Source: Nemertoderma westbladi (lineage: Eukaryota > Animalia > Xenacoelomorpha). From it: DNA of 55,792 nt. The position numbers were made by a program, and so were the translations under genes. The stretch's first letter is position 1. The number at the start of each line of letters is the position of its first letter. This document shows, one piece after another, positions 25,271 to 36,178 of this stretch. Location of the stretch: the NCBI GenBank assembly GCA_032718475.1, contig JAUCBJ010004827.1:1-55792 (forward strand), given 5' to 3'. The notes under the pieces are model-generated. The model worked only from the letters and a program-made list of their open reading frames with translations. It was not told the origin of the DNA and ran no database searches.

Positions 25271-25909
25271 ATTGTTAGAGCTCCAGTTCAACGTGATTAG
25301 CACGGTTTAATAAACAATCAATTAATTATTTTATTCAATACTGTAATTATAACAGTAAAATGGAATGTATTCTATTTTTTAGTGAAATCAAGAGATAGGA
25401 GGGGGGGGGGGACTGGACGCAAATCCCAACTTGGCGAATTAATATCCCGCCTCAATATTAATTTCTAAATTTTGGGAAAGGAGCAGGTTACAGTGGCACG
25501 TTATTTTAACCAAAACAATAAAGTTAACACAATAGAACAGGTTACAGTTTTATTTTTGAGAGTAATCAGCTGTTGTTATTTGCGTCCAATTTCCCCTGGA
25601 GAGGGATAAATTTTTATTACGTCCAGCCCCCTATCTTGAAATCAAATACCAAAAATATATTTATTATATGAACAATCTATTTGGAAATTGTAAGTTCGGC
25701 CTATCTCTTTACCATAAGCTCAGTATCTTTATCTGGTGTGTTTTTATTATTTTACCAATTATTTAATATGTTTGATAGAATTGAACAACACCGCCCAACA
25801 CAACCAACTCTCTATCCGCCTCGAGCATCGAGAATACGAGAAACTCGATCGAAATACCTGCTTATCCCAGTAGTATCCGTCCGTAGTCAAGTCACCGGAC
25901 CGCTGCGGT

Positions 25910-26400
25910 TTACTCCCGTAGAACAGTATAATTCCCGCAGCTTCCGACCCAATTCGACAACGAATTCGCTTCACACTTTCGCGTCACAGAGAACGTAATC
26001 CAGTGCGATAACGTCTGCCCAACGTTCAACCATTTCCCCCAGGCGATCCCAGGATCCGGGCCGCCGCTAAACCCAGATCGCAATCCTCGTCGATTCGTCC
26101 AGTCGTCGACGTAAGTCAGTAAGTGGGACTCTTCCCACCGCACTCCAAGGTGGGTGACCGGAGTGAGGCATGATGAACTTGGCAGTGGCCCGCATTACGA
26201 TCTGACCGACCGCCGTATTCCCAGTGTCTGAGTGTAGTAAATACCCAAATAGAATCGTACTGACAAACAAGCAATTCCGTAACCGTAGTATTCCCCCGTT
26301 AATCACCTCTTGAAGCAACTCGGCTGCTCGGGTCCAGATACATCGGACTGTTGGGAGCGTTTCAGACATCAGACAGTAATGGAGCGGCATTTGCGAATAT
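25910..26400 (-). mobile_element. possible decayed L1/Tx1-like ORF2 C-terminal fragment
   Basis: GC-richer island translating HYCLMSETLPTVRCIW...ILFG...AKFI, reminiscent of the CCHC finger tail of L1/Tx1 ORF2. Frameshifted. Confidence 0.35.
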
Positions 26401-27611
26401 TTCCAATGGTTTTATAATAAATAAGGAGATTCAACAGTTCAATGCTAAAACAAATGGATTATTCCTAACCTCACCCCAATACAGCAATATACCTAACAGT
26501 ATATAGCTTAGGTACCACAGTCTGACTAGCTTTAAATATTAGAGTATGAAAATTATTATAGGACCCTCATGGAAACGAGGTATATACCTCATGAGGCTAT
26601 CCTTACACCAGAACCTTTTATTTAAGTAAATAAACATTTTATAAGTTGACTATCTACATAAATCAGTATTGGTGCTCCTAAATATCTAGTGTTATTAGGC
26701 CTACTTGTACTGCTGTACTGTAGGCCTAATATCGTAACGTAATCTTTATAAATGTATTATTGTGAATTTTAAAAGGTTTAATTATGTGTAAAAAACAATC
26801 AATCAATCAAACCATAATCAGCACAGTAAGCCTACGCATGGGTGGTACCTACGGTGCGCACTACAACGGCTGAACGGCAGTACAGCAATACGGTGTACCG
26901 TGCCAATGACTGAATGATTAGCGGTAACTACTGAACTATCTAAACTATTATATTATTATTACCGGTACTAGGCTAATTAGGCCTAAACTATAATCACCGC
27001 AAGGGTTTCCGGGGCCATGTTTAGATTACATGATATGGCATGTCTGCAGTGTAAGGTACCGGCTGACCTGTATTACAGCCTGACAGTACCGGTACAAATG
27101 GTACATGCAGATTGGCAGACAGCCCCTATGTTTTGCAAAATTTGTCAGAAAACCAGCTGATTTATCCTACAGTAATAATAATTTAACGCATGTTAATTTT
27201 GGATAAATAAATATATTATAACTACAATAACAGTTACACTGATGCCGCACGAAGGCCCCACGCAAATTCTACTTGGAAAATTTTCAAACTTTTGCCAAAC
27301 AACATGTGTACCAAGTTTGGATAGATTTCATCAAGGATTGGCCGAGTTATTAACGTTTAAAATAAAATACTGAAAAAAAACGCGACAGAACGACAGAACG
27401 ACAGAACGACAGGTTGATTAATGGTACCACTACGCTAAGGCTCTCTCACTTCGTGGCTCGCCCCACATGTTGAGGTTCCTATATTACCTGTAAGGTAAGT
27501 TATAATTAACTATAAAGGTGGTATTGGAAGTGTACCAAAACATATACCCATAATAATGAAACTACCCCTGCATGATTCCGTAATTACACATGATTGGCGT
27601 TTTTGTGTTAG

Positions 27612-27714
27612 GTTCTGATATTGAAGATCTTGAGGATGTTACCACTCAGTATGACGATGCCAAGAGCTTCGGTAAAGGCGAGTTCTGTTCTTTAGCTGGT
27701 AGTCTGCGGGGCAG
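27612..27714 (+). CDS. STARD3: STARD3/MLN64-like exon 6 (acidic linker)
   Basis: gtgttag| (G)SDIEDLEDVTTQYDDAKSFGKGEFCSLAGSLRG ag|gttagt. Continues the A-G-S-D acidic stretch seen after FYSP in STARD3. Phase 1/2 bridges exons 5 and 7. Confidence 0.8.
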
Positions 27715-27727
27715 GTTAGTTAGATTA

Positions 27728-28600
27728 ATTTGTAATTTTTTTAAATTATCACTACAGCTCAGTAGCATGGCGATACTTCCCGTCATATTGTGCACATTTA
27801 GGTGACATTTACAGACCACGTTACCATAGCAACAGACCAAATAAGAAAATTTAATAAGAATTTAATTTACAGTATAACTATAATGTAGTTTTCCCTAGGC
27901 CTACCTTACCAGAGTTTTGAGAGATTAAATGTAACACACGTCGCATAGCTATAACCTTCGACTGTTAGTCAACATCCTATCGTGACTTGGGGGAATATTG
28001 TTTAATATAAATATGAATTTTAAAGTATCTCATGCGTTCATTGAGGAGACCTACAGTTAATAGTTAACTCACTCTAAATTCTGCTAAGATATTAGTTTTG
28101 CAACAGGCAGGTACATCACACTATGCACCGTCGAGACAGGGGTTGAGCGGGGGAGGGGGCACAAATCCCATTTCGGTTTTTATTTTGTTTTTATTTCAAT
28201 TATTTTTCCTCAATGTTAAATTATCAATTTAGGGAAAGGACCAGTTTACAATGGCACGTTATTCTAACCAAAACAATAAACGAATCTCAATAGAACAGAT
28301 TGAAGTTTAATTTTTGAGAGAAATCGGGTGTTATTTGCATCGATTTTCCCCTGGAGAGGGATCCATTTTGATTGCGTTGAAAGACCCCCCCCCCCCCCCC
28401 TCTCTGGCACCATAAATATCGACCCACCTAACAGTAATGTTTCTTTCACTTTGAGATTGATTTTCACTATCACTTGCATCTGCCTATTATTATTATGACT
28501 TGATGGAAATGGATGGTGACGAACATATTCCTACTATTAAAAGGAAAACTTGCCCGAATGTGGTTTGTGAAGAGACATGCATAGTATATGGAGCAAAGAA
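27728..28600 (+). repeat. left arm of a ~0.8 kb inverted duplication
   Basis: Reverse complement of 31117..31882 along its length, e.g. gtaacacacgtcgcatagctataaccttcgactgttagtcaacatc. Confidence 0.9.
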
Positions 28601-28656
28601 AGATGAGCCATTAAGAATTGCTTCAGTTGACGGCAAGTTAAAATTAAATGTGTCAG

Positions 28657-31115
28657 CACTACTACTACTACTATTGGCATGCTACATTGCAGCTGCATTA
28701 TATATATTACATATATATTTAGAATGCTGTGCAGGCTTGTCGACAAAATTGCGTTGCCACAACTCTCTGGCACCCATGACAATTGCTATAGCATCCGCAT
28801 CTTCAAGGCCAGTGTCCTTTAAGATGCGTCTCAAGAAAGTCATGGGTTGTCCATCATGCTTATTCACTTCATGAGGTAGCCAAAGTACAAGATAATGCAC
28901 TGGCTGTTCCTCACAGTGAAAACAATGTCCTGCAAGGCTGAGGCGGTTCCGTTCAAGTGGCAAGCTAGAGGAGACTGATGAAACAGCTCCAATGTTGTAT
29001 AGAGTCTGGTTGGAGATGTGTTCGTTGTACATAACACAATGAACCCGGCGCAGCATTCTTGAGAAGGTGCCATCCAGAGATTTGGTATCCTCTGCAGTTA
29101 GAGCCCAGCGTGGACTCCCATGGAACTACTGCTGCCAGAAATAATCGAACCTTGAGGTACCGTTTTATTATGTGGGACTTACAAATCCTGGATAGTCTAT
29201 TCAATGCAGCCCATGCCTCCCCCTTGCGTATCTGAAGGTCCTCACCTGAGTTTCTGATCCATGATCCCAAGTAGCAGAAGTCATCCACGTGCTCAAGCAA
29301 GCCATTCCTGGAGCTTATTCCCTTACGATCAGACATTTCTTGAGGGCTGTCAAGTTTCGCTGTCATAATTTTTGTCTTCTTGGAATTTACAAAAAGACAA
29401 ACAATAGAAGCAACCTGCTCCAATGAGCAGAGAAGCCTTTGGGCTACCTCTAGTGATTCTGACAGTATCCCTATATCATCAGTAAAGTCTATATCAGTTA
29501 GGTACTTTGCTGGATTTCCTCCACTTATTGTGCCAGTAGGGGGTACCATCATCCCATTTTAATAATTTTAATTTTTATGGTCTAAGGACATGCGTAGAAC
29601 ACAATCAACCACAATTAAGAATTAGAATGGTGCAAGTGTGTAACCCTGAAGGATTCCGCATAAGAGTTCGAATGGATCTGTGTCACCATCAGCAGTAGAC
29701 GCAAATGTGGTGGAACCATCAAACAGTGATCGGAAAGCTGCAATAATTTCCTCAGGAAACCAATGTGCTACAAGTATGCTAAACATCCGTGGTCGGGAGA
29801 CTGAGTCGGAGGCCTTAAAGAAGTCAACAGAGATAATAGCCAGATGTATGTCTTTCTTTGTTGATAACTCTTTGATTATCCTTCTAAGTGCCAGAATAGA
29901 CTTCATGTCCGACGACCTTTATGGAATCCATTTTGGTTCTCACAGGATTCCTGATGCGATTTAATAGAATTCTGTTGTATTGCTTTGCAGCAATCGAGAT
30001 TAACGAGTTTCCACGAAAAGCTTTATAGGTTGTTAGGTTGCCCTTTTTTGGTGCATGGACCAACTTATATATTTTCATTTCTTGAGGGACTATCTTTGTC
30101 CTATACATACTCAGAATAATGGGGTGAATGAGCTCTAAGCACTCAGCAATTTTAAAGACCTCAGGGACACGCCATCTACTCCAATGGCACGATTGGTCTT
30201 CAAGCCCCTTACTGCAGTCTTAATTTCAGCAAATGAGATGTGGATATCTGTGAGCACAGAATCAGATACACGATGTACCTCAAAGTTATCAGGCAATACC
30301 CTGTTATGTTTGGAAGCTCTTCTCAAAGTAGGCCTTCCAACATCCAACCATTATTGAGGAGTTCAGGAGATTCAGCATTAACCTTGGTGGTTGGTTGGCT
30401 TTTCCTCCCAGTGAGCAGGTTTACTGATTGCTATGCCTGAGCTGATTGCCTGCTATCATCAGCGTTAATGGCATCAACCTCGGCCCTACTTATTGATAAG
30501 CTCCTTTAGCATTGTCTGTCTTCGTGTGCCCTAGTCGGCGGGACTCATTCTGCGCCATTTGAGGTCATTTCGGCACTTCCGAATTCTGTGATCAGTGCGG
30601 GTGGGGGGGGGGGGGGGGGGGCTATTTCCTGTTTCGAGGATATACAGGATCTGTTTCAGCAGCTGCTAAATTAACTGCTTCTGTGAAGGCAGTATAGCCC
30701 ACGCAGTGATTTGCCGCCTCAGAGGCGAGAACCTCATACCTGTTGTTCAACTGTAGTGTGAAGCTGGATCTCACAACTGGGCTGTTGCAACAAAGAGGAC
30801 CAGTCATTCCTTGGCAATTCTGCTAGCGTGGAGACTAAGTCTTACCTTGGCCACAATAATAGGTAATAGCTGGATAAGGGTCGAAGTGCAAATATACTTC
30901 AGTCTTGTACAGAATAGAGCTCCTGTATTTCCCACGAAACAGAATATGGTATATCTGGGACGTGTGACCACTTGGTCCAGTATGAGATGTAGATGAGTGA
31001 TGTAGACTTGCATTAAAGTCACCCAGGCAAATTAAGAATGCATGCTGATCCACTCCATCAGTAGATGCATGTAGATTGTGGTAGAAATTTTCCACTTCAT
31101 CTTTCTGCACACTTC
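28657..31115 (-). mobile_element. decayed, 5'-truncated RTE/RTE-X-type LINE
   Basis: Frameshifted pieces in the expected order: APE (FYHNL...LICLGDFNA), GVDG, PKKGNL..FRGNSLISIAAKQYNRILLNRI, VDFFKASDSV, GILQGYTLAPF, DIDFTDDI, VDDFCYLGSWI, LAGHCF. Short (TAG)n tail at ~28657-28673. Confidence 0.9.
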
Positions 31116-31116
31116 T

Positions 31117-31882
31117 TCTTGTTCCACATACTATGCAAGTCTCTTCACAAATCACATTCGGGAAGTTTACCTTTAAGAGTGGGAATATGTTCGTCACCAT
31201 CCATTTCCATCAAGTCATAATAATAATAGGCAAATGAAAGTGATAGTTTCGACGCAATCAAAATTGATCCCTCTCCAGGGTGAAAATCGACGCAAATAAC
31301 ACCTGATTACTCTCAAAAATTAAACTTCTATCTGTTCTGTTGATATTCGTTTATTGTTTTGTGCCGAATAACGTGCCACTGTAAACTGCTCCTTTCCTTA
31401 AATTGATAATTTAACATTGATACAAAATATTAATTCGCCGAAATGGGATTGCCCCCCCCCCCCCCCCCCTCCCCTGTCTCGACGGTGCATAGTGTGATGC
31501 ACCTGACTGTTCCAAAACTAATATCTTAGCAGAATTTAGAGTGAGTTAACTATTAACTTTAGGTCTCGATAAACGCCTGAGATACTTTAAAATTCATATT
31601 TGTATTAAACAATATCCCCCCAAGTCACGATATGATGTTGACTAACAGTCGAAGGTTATAGCTATGCGACGTGTGTTACATTTAATCTCTCAAAACTCTG
31701 GTAAGGTAGGCCTAGGGAATACTGCATTATAGTTATACTGTAAATTAAATTCTTGTTAAATTGTCTTATTTGGTCTGTTGCTATGGTAACGTGGACTGTA
31801 AATGTCACCCGAATGTGTACAATATGACGGGAAGTATCACCATGCTTCTTAGCTGTAGTGATATTTTCAAATAATTACAAAT
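31117..31882 (-). repeat. right arm of a ~0.8 kb inverted duplication
   Basis: Inverted copy of 27728..28600 with scattered substitutions and indels. Abuts the 5' truncation point of the LINE. Confidence 0.9.
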
Positions 31883-32543
31883 ATGGAAGCAAATAGTTGA
31901 GTCTATGTACACGAATTCTCCACTTAAACTCAATATTTTGATACTTGTGTAAATTACTCTGGTCCAAATAATGGGCCTGTGTCTGCGACATTGGACGCTA
32001 TTTGATTTTATATTGCCCTTGATGTGTTCCCAAGATGTCATATAAGTTGTGTGATGGGTTTTTTGATTTTTAAAACTGTTTGTAGATTTTCTCAGGAAAA
32101 GGAAAGGTGAGACAAAGAAATTGATAATTTAAATTTCATAAATCTGTTGCTAAGGCGGTTACTAGGGCCGGGTTGGCGGACTGCAAGGGAATTTCGGAAA
32201 TTTTCTTCTTTACCAAAGTGTTTATAACAGTTTCAGGACAACATTGATGCATTTTTATTAACTTTAGATTTATACACTGGTAATGAGACGAGATTCACTA
32301 GCATTCACCATGAACTTGTATCCTAAAATTGAAAAAAAACATTTTTGAGCAAAAAACTTTGAAGCCCAAAAAAAGGCATTAAATTAAAAATGCAGAGGTG
32401 GCATCCGGCCTAGCCGGATTCGCCATGTCTTGAAGTACAAAAATCAGGTGGATGCCAACCATTAACAAAAAATGCCATCTAAACTTAATTTTCGGGAGTT
32501 GGCAGGTAGACTATAATATCAAAAGATTGAAAGTGAGAATATA

Positions 32544-33452
32544 CACCATGTCCTGGAATATAGTGTCGTTATTCAGGTACCTGCCCCCCCCCCCCCCCCC
32601 CCCCATTTTTCTACAAATCGTAATGAGATTGCATGAAATTTGAAACAGAGATAGTTTCACCTCCCGATCACTGACTGGGTGAGCCAGAATTTTTATTTTT
32701 GCTTTCATTCTATACAACGTTTGAAAAATGTGTCTCCGGCGATATTTCACAGGTCACAGTGCAATCATTCTTCAACCTTATAGTGATTTGGTGGTACCAA
32801 TATAAAGCTGCCCATGCAAGGATTCCAAATATGTAAAAATATTTACATTATATACATTTACATATATTTGGTTGGGAAATACCTGAGATATTGGCGTTCG
32901 AAATTTGCATGTATTATTTTGCTTCCCCTGCAGGCCATTTATTCTATTTAATTAATGTACCATATTCTAGAACATTTTGTTTATTCCATACGTAGCTGGG
33001 CAACAAAGCAATACCTCTTTAATTATACTATTACGTAGCTATTCATAAATAAACAAAATGTTCTAGAATATGGTATTTTTCTATAATAGAATAAAATAGC
33101 CTCATGCAGATGCAAAACCATGCAACCTTTGAACGCTCATATCTCATCTATTTCCCAACCAAATTCAGATTATGTTACATATTTGGAATCCTTACATGGC
33201 CAGCTTTCCATCAGTACCAACAACTCACTATAAGGTTGAAGAATAACTGGAGTGTAACTGGTGAAATATCACCGGAGACACCTTATTCAAACGCTTGTAG
33301 CTAAATATTGAAAGCAAAAGTAAAAATTCTGGCTCACCCAGTAAGGAGGAGGGAGGTGAAACTATCTCTGTTTCAAATTTCATGAAATCTCATTAAGATT
33401 TGTAGAAAAATTTGGGTACCTGAATGACGACACTATATTCCAGGTCATGGTG
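32544..33452. mobile_element. palindromic MITE with TA flanks (Tc1/mariner-like)
   Basis: TA|CACCATGTCCTGGAATATAGTGTCGT...ACGACACTATATTCCAGGTCATGGTG|TA. Inverted similarity extends through nearly the whole element. Confidence 0.85.
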
Positions 33453-33465
33453 TAAATTGTGTCTC

Positions 33466-34431
33466 CATGGGCTACTATATTTATACGGCCTAACAGGTCA
33501 CTTGAACTGGCCTCTTAAAAAGAGGTCAGATTTTTTTACAATATTAAGATATTTTGATATGGGGAGTTGTAATGCATTTCTCGTGCCTCTTGGCACGATA
33601 AGTTCCTAAAACGGCTTTGAATCTCTAAACGTTCCAAGGGGTGCTATATTTTCCCTTATTTTTGGTTCCCGACTGATATAAAATATCTCTCACCAAACTA
33701 AACAATACCACAGAATCTACTCGGTACTTTGGGAGGGCCGCCGCTATAGCAGAGCTAGTGTTGCCTTGGCCCACTCAAGGCAAAAAGTTATAAGTGCGGG
33801 AATATTTTAAAAACTTAAATCGGTTGGGTGAACTGTGGCAATACTGGAGTGGCTGGCATCAGAGTGGTGTTGTGGCAATGTAAGGTAGATCATACAGTTA
33901 ATAGATAGATAGGCAATGGGTGTTGAATTAATTTCTAGTAATGCTAGTAATTTCAACACTGGTTCCGACATCATACTTCCTTCTATAAATATTTAGTAGT
34001 AGCTAGTTTTTTTTACTATTTGTATAGAAAATGTTCCAGAACATGTTAGCTATTAATTTAAAAAAAAATATGTTCTAGAACAAATATTTTTTGTTCTAGA
34101 ACATTTTTTTGAAAAAATCTGGATTCTATTTAAAACGCACGGAATCGTTCTAAAACGTGTTTAACGAATAATTTATAGATAATAATTAATATAATATATA
34201 TATATATAATATAAATAATATAATATATATAATATAATATAAATAATAATTTATAATTTATAGAAGGACGTAGGATGAAGGAGACTTCAATTACGTCCGT
34301 TGACCAAATTGCAGCAAATGAAAATTTATAGAACTCTCCCAATATCTAAATATCTAAATATTATAAAAAAAAACTGGCCTCTTTTTAGTTCAAGTCACCT
34401 ATGTTAGACCGTATAAATATAGTAGGCCATG
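33466..34431. mobile_element. non-autonomous P-superfamily-like element
   Basis: TIRs CATGGGCTACTATATTTATACGG... / ...CCGTATAAATATAGTAGGCCATG, CA..TG termini, and a 7-bp duplication GTGTCTC at 33459-33465 and 34432-34438. Confidence 0.75.
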
Positions 34432-35817
34432 GTGTCTCATTCAGTAAAATATCGGGAGGCCAAGCTGTAGTAAACATTTGGGAGGGATCGTACTGATTCT
34501 AGACATTATGTTTCCAGGGATGGATTATAAGTTTGTGTTGGAGTTGGATATCTGATTTTATTTTATTTATTCATCCGGACTTTACGCCACCGGCGGCTAT
34601 ATTAATTAAAAGGTCAATTGACAATATAATAGTAAAACATGTAAAATACATAAAGTCATCTATAAAATCAGCACCTCAATCTGAGCAATATAATTATTTG
34701 TGACCGATACTATCACTATATTGGAATAAAAGGCCGGATCGTTTGAAAGTATATTAAGGTAATGTCAGTACACCAGGTAAAACAGCAGCAGTATAGGTGA
34801 GCAATACAGTATAAAAAACGTAAGTAAATCTATAAAGTCGGCCGGCACCTTTAACTAAGCAATATAATTATTTATGACTAATACTCTCACGTTGGAAAAT
34901 ATTAAGGTCTAGCAAATATCACATTCATTGAGATATCCATTGCGGATGGCTCTACTCTCACGCACCCAGGATGGGTGTCGCAATAGGGTTACTTACAATG
35001 GGCCCATCTCACAAAGCTCCCCTGGTATACATGGCCTGTCATTATTGGCTCATCATTAAGTAGCTCATATGCCAGGCCATATACCAAACCACCTGCTGCA
35101 GGTGCAGCTTGCAGAACAACGCCAGTCGCCCAAAGTGGGAGTTCAGCTAGGCAGAGGCATGATCAGACCCGATTAGAGTAGACCCGGCCTGATTGAGTTG
35201 TATATCCTTGCGGTCAGCTGGATATCCGATCCAGTTGCTATCCCCCCATCCTTACCAGATTTGCGATATATTATCTCCCTATTGAATTTACTTTTTCCCT
35301 TTTTACATTTTATATGCGTAGTATTTCCAGTGTTTTGGCAGCTGCATCTACTATCTTATCTAATGAACAACATAACACAATATTCTATTTAAATCAATTA
35401 ACGCATCTTTCATGAACTGCGTAATATGTGGCCTTATCCCCACACACAGTCGGGCCTTTATATACAGAGAGAACTGCGTTTAATATTATTATCGATTGGG
35501 GTCTTATGCATACGGTTACTTGGCGCTGCGAGCATCATCTGCTTGGATGTATTATTCCTATAGATGGGCTGATATATAGCGTCACGCTGCTATTGGTCAA
35601 TATTATTCCGTTTTTCAATACTATAATATTATCATAGAACGCTGTTTTATAGTCGTTCTTTTAATTTTTGATTTGTTTTTTTAAGCTTTATTTAGCTTCG
35701 TTGTTTTACTTAATAGTTTTTAATATTCAATGTGTTAATTTGTTCTATTTATTTCCTATAAAACGTAAATGTTGAGTAGTAATTTATTTTTTGTTGAAGA
35801 AGTTTATTGTTATCATA

Positions 35818-35930
35818 ATGAAACAGTTCGCCTTATTGGGTTGTGTTGGTGCACTATCATTGGAGGCGGTGGACCCTAAATCTAAACGGTGGGTATTATT
35901 GCGTCCCTTTAAACCTCCAACCGTACCTAC
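35818..35930 (+). CDS. candidate alternative first coding exon of the STARD3-like gene (START-only isoform)
   Basis: ATG 35818, MKQFALLGCVGALSLEAVDPKSKRWVLLRPFKPPTVP ac|gtaagt. Phase 2 joins exon 7 in frame across a 95-nt intron. Confidence 0.45.
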
Positions 35931-35988
35931 GTAAGTTTCCCTTATTATTGCGTCCCTTTAAACCTCCAACCGTACCTACTTAAGTTTC
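35894..35988 (+). repeat. 49-bp direct duplication spanning a donor-like site
   Basis: TATTATTGCGTCCCTTTAAACCTCCAACCGTACCTAC|GTAAGTTTC is repeated at 35943. The second copy has TTAAGT in place of GTAAGT. Confidence 0.95.
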
Positions 35989-36025
35989 GCGAGCGTACAA
36001 CCTTGGAACTGTTTTATATTTACAG

Positions 36026-36178
36026 TATTACTAATTTGGAACTTCCCGCCGACCAAATTGAAATGGTTCAGAAATCGTACGTCGCTTTCGATGAAGTTAT
36101 CAAAGTAGCGAACGACGATGTTGTTAATTGGAAACAAGAGAAACAAATCGGTGATGGGGATGCCAATATATACAGTTG
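36026..36178 (+). CDS. STARD3: STARD3/MLN64-like exon 7 (start of START domain)
   Basis: tttacag| ITNLELPADQIEMVQKSYVAFDEVIKVANDDVVNWKQEKQIGDGDANIYS tg|gtaagt. Matches the NWKFEK..GDTVYT region. Phase 2/2. Confidence 0.88.

Noticed and set aside
28500-28874. 124-aa + strand ORF and related minus-strand ORF 30835..31200
   Set aside because: Chimeras of the inverted-duplication arm and LINE sequence, not independent genes.
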